Notes: generated by a model not told the origin, from the letters alone. A stretch of DNA of 62,820 nt, filler included, from Chrysochromulina tobinii (GCA_001275005.1; 7 parts of 7 records of this genome joined end to end with filler, not necessarily neighbours in it); one strand, 5' to 3'; positions 22,398 to 33,403 are shown, numbered from the whole stretch's first letter. Translations and numbers: made by a program.

Positions 22398-23519
22398 TCA
22401 TGTGCGCAGGCCTCCAATGAGCCGCAGCTGCCGCGGCGAGTAGACGCCTCCGCGCGCGGAGTGCGCGATCGCTGGTGGGATGTCTAGAGTCGCGGAGCTC
22501 ATCTCCAGCAGTCTGGCCGTGCACTTGGGCACTGGCAATGCGCCGCTGCGTGGGCGCAAGGCGCTCGAGGCAGCGCTCGCAGCAGGGCTGGTGAGCGCAC
22601 TCGGCGTTGTGACGGCCTGCGGCGGCGGGAGCGCCGCCTCGAGCGCCGCCACGAGCGCCGTCTCGAGCGCCGTCGCGAGCGTCGTTTCGTGCGCCGTATC
22701 GAGCACCTCCTGCCTACTTTGGTGCTCCTCCTTGAGCGCCGTCTCGCGCACTGCTTGTCTAAAGGGGAGCGCCGTCTCGGGCGCATCCGCGAGCTCGGGC
22801 GGCGGCGACTGTGGCGGCGACTGCAGCGGCGTCTGCGGCGTCGTCGGCGTCGGCGTCCTCAGCGGCGTGTGCAGCGGCGTCTGCGGCGGTGAATTCGATG
22901 GTGCGATGGTGCCTGGCAGCGGGGCGGCGGCCGTGGGAGATTTGGAACGAGATTTGGAGTGGTGCATGCGCTGCGCTGTGGGGAGTGCCGAGATGTGCCT
23001 GTGGTTCGTCCCGAGATGTGCCTTGCCGAGCAGCCCTGCGCCCTCAAGCGCGCGCGTGGTCAGGGGCTGCCATTCCAACAGGGTCATGCGCTGCGGCGAG
23101 CGCTCCACTGAGTGCCTCTGATGGCCACTGAGTGCCACTGATAGTGGCGAGCGCTCGAATGGCGCACGCGCTGAGCGGCAGCCATTCCAGCCCGCAGGGC
23201 AGCGTGCGGCAGCGCTGCGGGCTGTAGCGGGGCGCGAGCGCCCCGTGCCGGAGACGAAGGCCTCGTCCCGCCGCCGCTGCCATTGGGCCTTCTCGACTGT
23301 GCCGGCATCGGCGCTCTCCGCGGGAAGTTGCAGGGAGAGGTGCAGCGCGGTGAAGCGCGCCGACAGTGGACGCGGCGAGGCTTTCAGGCCCTTCGGCGTG
23401 CTGCCCTCTGCCAGGGCGGTGCTCGGCGGCGGCGCGAGCAGGTACGTCGCCCGATATGGCGCGCTACTGCGGCTCACGGATGCGTCGGTTGAGCTCTGTG
23501 ATGAGCTCTGCAAAGTCAA
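22398..23519 (-). CDS. Hypothetical low-complexity Pro/Ser/Thr-rich protein; boundaries uncertain
   Basis: Long ORF with SPPQTP repeats and no recognisable domain. Confidence 0.35.
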   Translation of the reverse strand: MTLQSSSQSSTDASVSRSSAPYRATYLLAPPPSTALAEGSTPKGLKASPRPLSARFTALHLSLQLPAESADAGTVEKAQWQRRRDEAFVSGTGRSRPATARSAAARCPAGWNGCRSARAPFERSPLSVALSGHQRHSVERSPQRMTLLEWQPLTTRALEGAGLLGKAHLGTNHRHISALPTAQRMHHSKSRSKSPTAAAPLPGTIAPSNSPPQTPLHTPLRTPTPTTPQTPLQSPPQSPPPELADAPETALPFRQAVRETALKEEHQSRQEVLDTAHETTLATALETALVAALEAALPPPQAVTTPSALTSPAASAASSALRPRSGALPVPKCTARLLEMSSATLDIPPAIAHSARGGVYSPRQLRLIGGLRT

Positions 23520-23797
23520 CTGGACGGCGGACGACGGAATGGCGGGTTGCCGGCGGCGAGGGCCTCTGCCCTCTCGCGATTCGCGTTCGGTTTCCTACGT
23601 ACATGTAGGATACGTGTTCTGAGCCCCGAGCTCCAAGAGTGTATGGATCGAAACGAAGGGGGCGCTGCCACGAGCACACGCGGGCGGGATGAGACCANNN
23701 NNNNNNNNNNNNNNNNNNNNNNNNNNNNNNNNNNNNNNNNNTTAATTAATTAANNNNNNNNNNNNNNNNNNNNNNNNNNNNNNNNNNNNNNNNNNNN

Positions 23798-24767
23798 TGC
23801 GACGGCGGCGGCGAGCGCACTGCTCGACACGGCGCTCGATGAAGGCGAGGTGCTCGAGACGGCGCCGGCGCATGAGGCTACGGCAGAGGCGCCCGCGGCG
23901 CAGGCAGAGAAGGCGGCGCAGGCGGCGCAGGCAGAGGCGGAGGAGGCGCGTGCAGAAGCGGTGGCGCGCGCTGCGGCTGCTTCGGCGTCGGTGGTCGGCG
24001 CTGTCGCTCCAGCGCCCATGGACGTCGAGAGCGACGCGCCCGCGACAGCGCCCAATGGCGGCGCGCCCGCGACAGCGCCCAATGGCGGCGCGCCCGCGAC
24101 AGCGCCCATGGACGTCGAGAGCGACGCGCCCGCAACAGCGCCCAATGGCGGCGCGCCCGCGACAGCGCCCATTGGCGGCGCGCCCGCGACAGCGCCCATT
24201 GGCAGCGCGGCCCCCATCAAGCTGGGAGCCTTGCCAGTCAAGCTCGGAGGTCTCAAGCCGGTAGCAAAGTTAGGGGCGGCCAAGAAACTCGGCGGCGGCG
24301 GCGTGGTGGGCGGCGGCGTGGCGCCGGCGGCGTTCGTCGTCGATGAGGGTCCCAAGATGGGCCCACTTGTCGCGATCGACTACACCGAGGAGGAGAAGGC
24401 GGCAGTCACGCCTGCAGTGGCCCCCCCGACGGCAGAGGAGCTCAAGCAGCTGGTCAACTCCATACCGACGCAGCGCGACGCCCTGTACGCCGCTCCGGTC
24501 GATTGGGATCTTGTCGGGCGCTCGGGGCTCATCGAGACCAAGCTGCGCGCCTTCATCAATAAGAAGATGGCCGAGTACCTGGGGGAAGAGGAGCCGAGCC
24601 TGGTGGCCCACGTGCTGGACAAGCTCGCCCAGCGGACGCCCGCTGCGGCCATCGAGCAGGGCCTTGCCAAGGTGCTCGACGAGGAGGCGGGCGTCTTCGT
24701 CGTCAAGCTCTGGCGCATGCTCCTCTTCGAGCTGCGCCTGCGCGAATTCGAGGCGGGCAGAAAGTAG
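23798..24767 (+). CDS. RBM25-like PWI-domain splicing factor, 3' part (5' end in gap)
   Basis: IPTQRDALYAAPVDW...INKKMAEYLGEEEPSLV...VLDEEAGVFVVKLWRMLLFE; preceded by APATAPNGG/APMDVESD tandem repeats. Confidence 0.85.
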
Positions 24768-25148
24768 CATCGCGTTGAGGCGGAATGGAATACCCTAATT
24801 ACCAATTTGCACGGTACTTAAATTTTTTTTTAATTTCTCTATTATTGCTCATGGTTTAGGGTCCCACGACGCTGCCGGGGTGAGTTTGAGCGCGCGCAGC
24901 TCACCGCTCCCCTGCAGGTCACCACAGGCCGCGGTTGCGTGTGGGGACCCTCCTGGAGGTGGTGTGTAAAACCTCCGCATTCGCAACATGGAACAGCCGA
25001 CACAGTCCTATTTCTGCACCGATGAGATTACGAAGGGTTGGGGCTGACAGTGCAGAAGCAATGTTCCTTATGCTGATTGAACTGATACAAAACATATGGC
25101 CGAGATTTGCAGGAATTGGCTCGAAAAAAGGACCGATCCAGGTGTGGC

Positions 25149-26060
25149 ATGATGCTTGACAACACGTCGTTGTGCTCGCAGCCGATCAACTCTTTGATGC
25201 AATTGATCTGGCCACTCCTAATGTGCGTTGCTCGCGGTGGCGGTGACGGACTGAGAGGTGTCTTCGTAGAGCTGGGTGCGTATGATGGCATCACATCGAG
25301 CAACACCCTGGTGCTCGAGAAGTGCCACGGCTGGCGCGGCGTGCTGATCGAGGGCAACCCCACCAACTATAGGTTTCTCGCAAGTAGCGGGCGCAACGCT
25401 TCGAGGTTCGTCCACTCAGCAGTCAGCTCACGCTGCCATGGCGGAGTGAGCAACTTCACTACAATGAAAGGCGAGGTATCCGGCATCGCCGAGGTGTTGG
25501 CCGCAAGATTGCAGGAAATATTCCTGTACAAACCCAAATGGTGGCCGAATCCCCACGATTTCGTAAAGGTGCCATGCAAGCGTCTGTCGACCATCCTCGA
25601 CGAGAGCCTTGCACACCTCTCGAAAATTGCCGCCCCTCTACGATCCTTCGACTTTTTCAGTCTTGACACTGAGGGCACGGAGGATGTGGTCCTCGAGAGC
25701 CTGCTTGGAGGTGGCACTGCGGCCTTTGGAGACGCTAATCGCGACCAAGCGAATGGTGGTGCCGATGCCACCGGTACTGCTGGTGCCGTATCCGATGGCG
25801 ATGCCAACGGTACAGGTGCGTGGTGGTTGCCGAAAGTTGTGCTGGTCGAGGCAGTAGGCCCCGTCACCAAGGACAATAGTGTCGACAAGATGCTCAAAGC
25901 TGCAAACTACACTCGCCGCCACGCTCTCGAGCTCAAGACCGTTGACAAGCGAAAGACCCGCGGGCCGGGCATTGTGCGCAATCGCGTGTATACTCGTCTC
26001 AACAGCGCTGAAGAGTTGCGCTGTGCTAAGCTCTTGAAGGGTGGGGGACGGTCAACATGA
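25149..26060 (+). CDS. FkbM-family SAM-dependent methyltransferase
   Basis: FVELGAYDGITSSNT, GWRGVLIEGNP, DFFSLDTEGTE. Start uncertain. Confidence 0.82.
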   Translation: MMLDNTSLCSQPINSLMQLIWPLLMCVARGGGDGLRGVFVELGAYDGITSSNTLVLEKCHGWRGVLIEGNPTNYRFLASSGRNASRFVHSAVSSRCHGGVSNFTTMKGEVSGIAEVLAARLQEIFLYKPKWWPNPHDFVKVPCKRLSTILDESLAHLSKIAAPLRSFDFFSLDTEGTEDVVLESLLGGGTAAFGDANRDQANGGADATGTAGAVSDGDANGTGAWWLPKVVLVEAVGPVTKDNSVDKMLKAANYTRRHALELKTVDKRKTRGPGIVRNRVYTRLNSAEELRCAKLLKGGGRST

Positions 26061-26168
26061 CTTCGGGATCCCGTACCCTATGTAAACGACGAAATTAGAT
26101 AGGGAAAAGCGCTTGGCGAGGCCCGTTCGGGCGTAACTTTGACCGAGCACTGCTCCGGGAGGCGCTCT

Positions 26169-26373
26169 GGGAGCGGGAGGCGGCAGGGTCAGGTTCGCAG
26201 GGGGCGGCGATTAAAATTTAAATGTGTTCGGAGTCGGCCGCGGGGAGCGGTTGGCTCCGGGGCTGCGGCTGTTGAGATGGCCACGGATCCGGTCGTCGCG
26301 TGGTCGTGCGGTGCAGGTGCGTTGGTGTGGGTTGGCTTGGTTGTGAGGTTCGTCTGTGTGATCCGTGTGCCCG
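26169..26373 (+). repeat. Dispersed ~205 bp non-coding repeat, copy 1 (copy 2 at 41521-41726)
   Basis: Shared gggagcgggaggcggcagggtc.ggttcgcagggggcggc ... gagtcggccgcggggagcggt ... gggttggcttggttgtgaggttcgtc.gt.tgatccgtgtgcccg. Confidence 0.85.
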
Positions 26374-26598
26374 TGTGCGCCCGTGTGTGTCCCCTGTCCC
26401 GGCTAGCGGCTTGTCCCGGCTCGCCCCGGTGTCTTTTCACCGGAACACTGGGGGAAGCCGAGCATACCCCTAATGCCCTCCCCGGTAGTTGGGGGTCAGG
26501 AGAGACCGAGGTCGTGCAGAAGGCGGTTGTGTTTCACAGCCGATGGTTCTAATTCACGCCTCGAAGACAGGGGACGCCATTACAATGCCGTCGAGGGC

Positions 26599-27861
26599 AT
26601 GCGACTGAGCGGGCGGGCGGGCGGCGCCGGCTCGATCGGCAGCACGTGTACAGGCGGCGGCGGTGGCGGCGGCTTCGCCGGGGGTCGAATTCCCATCATA
26701 CCGTCATGGCCGACGACGGAGCGCTGCTACTTTGGCACGCCGCTCTCCGGAAGAATCCGTTCCTTTGGCACTCCCCGTGCGACCGATGACAATAGGGCGA
26801 GACAACACTCGAACTGCGCTACTCTGCAGGCAAACCTAGCGACGGTGCTCGATCAGAGCGTGCGAGCAGCGGTCTCCCTCCGCGGTGCCGCCGACGAGTT
26901 GCACGAGCACAACAAGCATTCTGCGAGCGTGAGCGGCTTCCCCCTCCGCGCCGTTCCCAGAGTAGTGCCGGCTGGCCAGACGCTGCGCTACCAGGTCGGC
27001 GAGCGCGTGCTCTGCCTCGTGGGCGAACGGCGGCCGTGCGGCTCGTGCGCGCGCGACACATGCGGTCAAACGCAGCGGCACTGTGGCAGGTGCAGCCGGC
27101 GTCGCCGGAGCGAATGGGTGCGCGCCACGATCGTCGCCATGCACTATTCCGAGCCCGGGTTTCCACGGGGGCACACGGCCCCATATCTGGTCCAGCTCGA
27201 GCGCGGCCCGAGGCTATTTTTGACTGAGGATGACGCGAGGCTGGTTGTGAGGGAGGCGGATGGCTTGCTTCGGCCACGCGTGCTTCGGCCGCGCCTCATG
27301 CAGGCCAGCGCGTACCGTGCCATCGACGCAGCCGTGCTCGCGGCCGCAGAGCGAACTGCCCTTTCGCACAGCCTATCGGGCGCCTGCGCCCAACACGGCG
27401 CGCAGGCACAGGTGTCCGAGACGTCGCTGCATGCCGCCGCAATGGCCCGCCTTGCACACGAGTTTGACGACTTGCCCTTTGAGATGGTACGGGGCCTCGC
27501 CGCCGCACCGCCGGCGGCCTCGGCAGCGGTGCTTCTCAAACAGTTGCGAGGCGAGCCGATTCAAGACCTTGCGGCCTTGAAGGCGAGCGCGGCGACCATG
27601 GCCACGACCGCTGCAACGACCGTTTCGACGACCGCTGCGGAGGCGGAGGCGGAGGCGGAGGCGGAGGCGGAGGTTGAGGCGGAGGTGGAGGCGACGATTG
27701 CAGGCTTGGCAGCCCTTGCGGTGTGTCACGCGGCCGCGCAGCATGCAAGTCGCCCCTCGTCGGAGGCAGAGGCGCCTCAAAAGCGACGGCGACTCCGCTT
27801 CCCAATCGACACCCTCCACTGCGGCGGCATTGTGCCCGCCTTTGGTACTGGTTGGGTGTAA
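26599..27861 (+). CDS. Hypothetical protein with an SH3/Tudor-like small beta domain
   Basis: LRYQVGERVLCL...WVRATIVAMHYSEPGFPRGHTAPYLVQLERG resembles a small barrel module seen in algal proteins; remainder low complexity. Confidence 0.5.
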   Translation: MRLSGRAGGAGSIGSTCTGGGGGGGFAGGRIPIIPSWPTTERCYFGTPLSGRIRSFGTPRATDDNRARQHSNCATLQANLATVLDQSVRAAVSLRGAADELHEHNKHSASVSGFPLRAVPRVVPAGQTLRYQVGERVLCLVGERRPCGSCARDTCGQTQRHCGRCSRRRRSEWVRATIVAMHYSEPGFPRGHTAPYLVQLERGPRLFLTEDDARLVVREADGLLRPRVLRPRLMQASAYRAIDAAVLAAAERTALSHSLSGACAQHGAQAQVSETSLHAAAMARLAHEFDDLPFEMVRGLAAAPPAASAAVLLKQLRGEPIQDLAALKASAATMATTAATTVSTTAAEAEAEAEAEAEVEAEVEATIAGLAALAVCHAAAQHASRPSSEAEAPQKRRRLRFPIDTLHCGGIVPAFGTGWV

Positions 27862-27989
27862 GTCACGTGTAACTGACTCTCTTGATTCTATCAATGCTCT
27901 CGCACGTGTCACAAAGAGACCACGCTGCACGCTAACGCGAGAGACATGTGACACTCGGTTCGGGGCTCGACTGACAGAGTCACTGGCAC

Positions 27990-28907
27990 TCACACATGCA
28001 ATCCGAAGGGGTCTTTGCCTTCAATCTCCGTGAAATACTCCAAGTTGTCCTGCGCTACATTTCCACGGTTCCAGAACGGGAGCGCCTGGGCACGCTCGAG
28101 GCTGATGTCTCCGATCACCGTCTGTGGAAAGTTGTGCGCGTCTCTCGCTCCGCCGGTGGCGCACACCACATATGCCACCGGCCGCTCACGCCCCCAAGGG
28201 CCATCAACATTGGCGCCGCCTCGGTGGATCGTCCTGTAGTCGAAGATGATCAGCCCTCCCGCAGGAGTGGCAGGTGCATCAATCGCCCTCACGTCCAGTG
28301 TCGAGTCCGGCGCATCTAAGATGTGCCTAGCGAGAGCGCGAGAAGATTCTCCTAGCACTGGCGCCGGCCAGAACATCGTCCCGTCACCGTCCTCAAAGAT
28401 GTCGACGAGTGGCACAAAGACGTTGTAGATGCGATGGGACGGGTCTTGCTGCGCCGTCTCAAAGTGCGTGTGAGTTGCATCGACGTGAAACCGCTGTACT
28501 CGGGCTCCAGGCCGGCTGACCACCGCGCCGCACATGAGTGGCACCACATCTGTAAACGCAGGCCCCTGGGCCGCGCGGATGATCGGGGTCGCTGCGGCCA
28601 TTACAGTGTCTACCAGCGATGCCCACGATGCGGTCGCCTCGCGAGGCAGCAACAGGTCCCAGCGATTTCTCTGGCGATGGCAGATGTTGCGGAAGCGGTA
28701 CATCTGTTCATTCGGATCGCACCCAGCAGCCTCGACGTCGGCGAGAAGCGCAGCCAGCGTGGAGTGGCAAAGCGCCGCGCAGTCATTGACTAGCTGCGTG
28801 GTGATTACGGGTTCCATCACTACTGTGTAGCCGCGTCCGTTGAGTTGCGCGGCATGCTGCGCAGTTTGGAGCACACCAACGGGCCCGACGATGGCAAGCC
28901 ATGCCAT
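27990..28907 (-). CDS. PhyH-like 2-oxoglutarate/Fe(II) dioxygenase
   Basis: HxD motif QRFHVD, VFVPLVD..GDGTMFWP, GGLIIFDYRTIHRGGAN...RPVAY. Confidence 0.85.
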   Translation of the reverse strand: MAWLAIVGPVGVLQTAQHAAQLNGRGYTVVMEPVITTQLVNDCAALCHSTLAALLADVEAAGCDPNEQMYRFRNICHRQRNRWDLLLPREATASWASLVDTVMAAATPIIRAAQGPAFTDVVPLMCGAVVSRPGARVQRFHVDATHTHFETAQQDPSHRIYNVFVPLVDIFEDGDGTMFWPAPVLGESSRALARHILDAPDSTLDVRAIDAPATPAGGLIIFDYRTIHRGGANVDGPWGRERPVAYVVCATGGARDAHNFPQTVIGDISLERAQALPFWNRGNVAQDNLEYFTEIEGKDPFGLHV

Positions 28908-29067
28908 GAAAAAGCTTCGTGAATGAAAGGTGTGAAAGAGCACAGAACTCGCTGCTGGCCGGCAGCCCCAGTTTTCCGTTTTTCAGCTCGGGTGAACGCA
29001 GGTGTTATTCACAATCGATAAATGAAATTCATGCTACACAAGGGATGCCGCAGGCCACTTTTGAGGC

Positions 29068-30207
29068 ATGCCGACCTGCCTCGCCACGTGGACCCACACG
29101 CCGCCGCGACGGTACACGAACAACATCTTCCACCAAGCAGAGCTCGTGGTGCCCATGCTGAGCGCTGCTCTCGAGGCTGCGCCAAAGGCTATCTACTGGC
29201 AATTCACCTTGCTCCCGTGGTCACGTGGCATGCTTGAGATGATGAAGGGCGTGAAGGTGATCGCGAGGAACGTGACGCCACCGGCGCATTGCAAGCTCTT
29301 TGGCCGCAGCAGTGGGCCTGGCAATTTTTTCGGCATGTACAAAAGTGCCGCAAGGCCTGTTCAACGGCTGCGTGAGGCTGTCTGGAGTGCGTGCGGCGTG
29401 GAGGAGCATCGTTCAGTGACGGTGCCGCCGGTGCGCATCGTATACATGCCTCGGACGGGCAGCGGGCTGCAGTCGGGTGTATGGCGCAACTTTGCGGAGA
29501 ACGCGTCGGCGCTGCTCCGCGCATTGCGTGTGGCGCTGCCGACGGCGACGCTGCATGTCGCGGGCACGCCCGGTGGCGACGTGCCGGTCGTCGAGCAGGT
29601 GCGGCTGTGGGCCAGCGCGGACGTGCTGCTCACGCCCAACGGCGCGCACTTTGTGAACGCACTCTTCATGGCACGCGGCGCCGTGCTGCTCGAGGGTGTG
29701 CCGTGGGCCATGCGGGGCTATCCAGGCCAGCCAATGATCACACGAGCCTCGGCTGTGAATCACGTTCGGCTGCACTCGAACAGGCCCCCGCCTTCGCGCG
29801 AGCTCGGACCGTTTGCTCAGATTGCCAACGAGCGCGCGTGCGAGCAGAACGAGCTCTGCAGGCGACGCTACCGCGACCGCGCCAACCTCCACGTGAGTGC
29901 CGCTCAGATGCTGGCCTTGCTAGGACCAGTGCTCCTACGGCTCGAGTGCGAGGACGTGGCTGGCTGGACCAATCCGTTTGGCAAGACGTGCGCCGATTAT
30001 GCGACGCCGCTCCCAGCGGCACCGCGCGGCGACAGCTCGCGCGAGGCGGGCGGCTGGTGCGAGGCGGGCGCCCTCAAGCGCGAGGCAGCTTGGGCAGGTG
30101 GAGTCGCCTTTGGCTGGCCCGAGAAGAGTTGCTGCGCGTGTGGGGGCGGCACGGGCGGGGGTGGTTTGACTGGGCGACAGGGTGAAGGTGGGCGCCGTGC
30201 ACGCTAA
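29068..30207 (+). CDS. Glycosyltransferase family 61-like protein with a C-terminal Cys-rich module
   Basis: NNIFHQAE; EQVRLWASADVLLTPNGAHFVNALFMARGAVLLE; CEDVAGW...CADY...WC...CCACGGG. Confidence 0.75.
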   Translation: MPTCLATWTHTPPRRYTNNIFHQAELVVPMLSAALEAAPKAIYWQFTLLPWSRGMLEMMKGVKVIARNVTPPAHCKLFGRSSGPGNFFGMYKSAARPVQRLREAVWSACGVEEHRSVTVPPVRIVYMPRTGSGLQSGVWRNFAENASALLRALRVALPTATLHVAGTPGGDVPVVEQVRLWASADVLLTPNGAHFVNALFMARGAVLLEGVPWAMRGYPGQPMITRASAVNHVRLHSNRPPPSRELGPFAQIANERACEQNELCRRRYRDRANLHVSAAQMLALLGPVLLRLECEDVAGWTNPFGKTCADYATPLPAAPRGDSSREAGGWCEAGALKREAAWAGGVAFGWPEKSCCACGGGTGGGGLTGRQGEGGRRAR

Positions 30208-30342
30208 ATGAAGTTCGGAAACATCGTCGCGTTGTTTTGAGCCTTTTTGGAGACTGTCTGGGCATGTGATGAGCCTCAGTCCCATTGTCCCCGAGACGAG
30301 CTTGGTGCACGAGAGCACGCACACACACGCGCCGCGAGCGCA

Positions 30343-33101
30343 ATGGACTTCGTCATGGACGATGAGATGGCGCAGCGCTATAACAAGCTGATGATTTGGA
30401 ATGCGCGGCAGCGCGCTGTCGTTGCTCGCTTTGCTGAGCGCTCGTCTGCCGAGGGCATGTTGGCCGCCACCATCTGCAGCCCCGTGCACACCTGGTCACG
30501 TCCTCGGCAGCCAAGCACAGCTCCAGCTGTGCTCCAGAGTGGCGGTTTGGACGCAGACACGCGGACTTGGGACGAGGGTGACGACGAGGAGGAGCGGAGG
30601 GCGCGGTCAGACCTGGTGGCCGAGATGGATGCGGCGGCGGCGGAGGTGGCGGCGGAGGCGGCGGCGGCGGCGGAGGCGGAGGCAGCGGCTTCGAAGTTTG
30701 CAGCCGATGCTGCATCATCGATGGAGCCAGCAGCGCAGATGGGCGACGGCGAAGGTCGAGCTGCAAATGAGGACACACGGACGTGGGACGAGGGTGACGA
30801 CGAGGAGGAGCGGAGGGAACGGAACGAGCTGGTGGCCGAGATGGAGAAGGAGGGGTCCTGGCCACCAGCCTCCATCTCCATCTCGGTATATGCAGAGGCG
30901 CCATCGGCGGCAGCGGCAGCGGTGGCAGCGGTGGCGGCGTTGGTCTCCAAACTCGAGGCAGCGAAGGCGGAGGCGGAGGCGAGAGCAGCCAAGCTATTGG
31001 TAACGGCGGCTCCGAAGGCAGGCGAGGATGGCGGTGGCGGTGCGAGCGGGGAGACGCGGACGTGGGACGAAGGTGACGACGAGGAGGAGCAGAGGGAACG
31101 GGCCAGGCTGGTGGAGGAAGAGGGTAGCAAGCACGAGAGCGAGGAGAGCGAGAGCGACGATGGCTTCGTCAACGCGCCGGCGCCGCCGCCTACGACGAAA
31201 TCGGTCGTCCACGGCCTGGCCATTCCCGGCCTGTCGCTCGGCAAGCTGAAGCAGATGGTCGTTCCACCTGACGAGGCCGAGTCCAAGGCAGACAAGCTAC
31301 GCCGCTTTGCGCCCATCTGTTCGAAGATTCTCGAGGGGCTCTACCTAGGCTCGGATGTCGTTGCACGCTCCCGCAGCACGCTGCACGCACACGGCATCAC
31401 TCACGTGCTCAACTGCGCCGGCGTCGCGTGCCCCGAGTACCACGCGCCCGACAGCACGCTCACCTACCGTACGCTCTTCTTATACGATTCCCCACATCAG
31501 GAGCTCGGGGCAGTGCTCTACGAGTCTCTTGCCTTCGTGGCGGACGCGCTCGCGTCGGGCGGGAAGGTCTTCGTGCACTGCCAGCAGGGCGTCTCACGCT
31601 CGGCGTCGCTCGTGATCGCGTACGTCATGTGGACACGTGGCCTCAACTTCCTTGCATGCAAGTGCTCACCACGGCGCCATCACGTCCCCACAGGTATGTC
31701 ATGTGGACACGTGGCCTCAACTTCCTTGACGCCCACACGCTCGTCAAGGAGGCGCGTGGCGTGGCCGAACCGAATGCGGGCTTCGTGTGTGCGTTGGTCG
31801 CCTTTGGGAAACGGCTGCGTGCACGTCCACTCACCGCGCCGTCGCCCACGGCCGCCAGCGCGGATGGTGGGAGGACGCCACGTAGTGGCGGCAGCGGCGG
31901 CGGCGGCAGCAGTAGCGGCGGCGGCGGCGGCGGCAGCAGTAGCGGCGGCGGCAGCAGCGGCGGCGGCAGCAGCGGCAGCCAAGAGGTGCCGGAGATGCGA
32001 GTGTACCGGATGGTGCCTCACTATAACGGCCCCGCCCCGCGAGAGGTGGCGCTGTCGTGGGCACGTGGGCACGTGGGCGATGCGACAGCCGAGCTCGGTG
32101 AACATCTCGACCCTCGCTCCGCCTTTGTGGTCCATCTGCCGCCGAGGAGCGCCGCCGCTGTGCCAGGCGCTCACAGTCTGATGCCCAACGGCAGCAGAGC
32201 TGCAGCAACCGCAGGCGCTCACATCGCGTCAGCCGCCGAGGCGGAGGCGGAGGCCGAGCCGAACGCCACGGCCGAGGATCCTCTGGCAGCCTATCGTGGC
32301 CAGTGCGTCGTGCTGTACACCTCGTACGCGAGCAACATGCTCTTCGAGGTCGCGTGGCGCAAGCTTGAGACCCAATTCCAGGGCATGGGGCTCAAGTATA
32401 CGGCTATCGACGGCGCGGCGCCGGAAGCGAAGGCGGTGCGATCCCTACTTTGGGCGATCAGCAACGACCGAAGCTACCCGCAGGTATTTGCATGCCGTCA
32501 TGGGGGGGCGTGCGAGTTCCTCGGCGGCGCAAGTGAGATGCAAGCACTCTTTGACTCGGGCGAGCACGCGCGCCGTCTCGCCGAGTACCTCGAGCTCCCA
32601 TCGGAGATCCCACAAGGGGGCGGGCCCATCCGCGAGGTGGGCGGCGTTGGCAGCGGCTTGGGCTCCTCGAATGCAGGCGCATGCTTCGTGTGGGTGGGCG
32701 CGCAGTCGTGCGACGCGTACCGGCAGGCGGCGCTGCGTTGGGCGGCGCTTCTCGAGCGTTTTGAGGGAGCACCGCCTGCCCATGAGGAGGCGCAGGGGCG
32801 CGAGAGTGAACCCTTCTGGCGTGCCGTGAGCTGCGGCCATGCCGTGCCAGGCCATGCCTTTGTTGCGGTGCGCAAGGCGACGCCGCTCGCCGCGTACGAC
32901 GCCGAGTACGGCCCCGGCATCGCGACCTTCCTCCCGAAGCCTGTGCCGGTGCTCTCTCTCTCTCCAGCCGAGGGTGCGCCGTCGCAGGCCGAGGGGACTC
33001 TGGTGCGCGATGCGGCCACGGGCGACATCGTCGGTCCTCAGCAGCGCTGGCATGCGGCGCTAAACGCCCTCTTGTTTGTGCACCACCTCTCCTCGTACTG
33101 A
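30343..33101 (+). CDS. Dual-specificity (MAP kinase) phosphatase, plant MKP1-like, with gelsolin-like and glutaredoxin-like domains; intron 31620-31693
   Basis: LYLGS, HGITHVLNC, catalytic VHCQQGVSRS. Splicing restores IAYVMW...VKEARGVAEPNAGF. Gelsolin-like LDPRSAFVVH / CFVWVG...QGRESEPFW. Confidence 0.88.
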
Positions 33102-33403
33102 GATTGTACTGAGTGAGGTGGGGACTCGATGCTCGAAGCTGCATAGGATTCCTAACGTACCGGTGTCCGGCGGCGATTGGTTTTGGCTCGTTGGCTTTCT
33201 CGTCAGCGGAGCGGCGTATTATTTGGGCGAGAAGCCTCAGCGTGCACACGTCCGCCGTATGTTTCCCGTTTACTTGCATTGAGTTTTTGAATGTATTGAG
33301 CAGAAGCATGAATCGAAGGACAGCTGGTTCCAAATGTTTCTTTGCCGTTACGATTCATGTTTCTGCTCTTTGGGTTTTGTGGCTGGCTGCGGTGGCGGCG
33401 CCG

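Noticed and set aside
23698..23797. TTAATTAATTAA palindrome between N-runs, repeated at all six gaps
   Set aside because: Scaffolding linker with stops in all frames; not biological.
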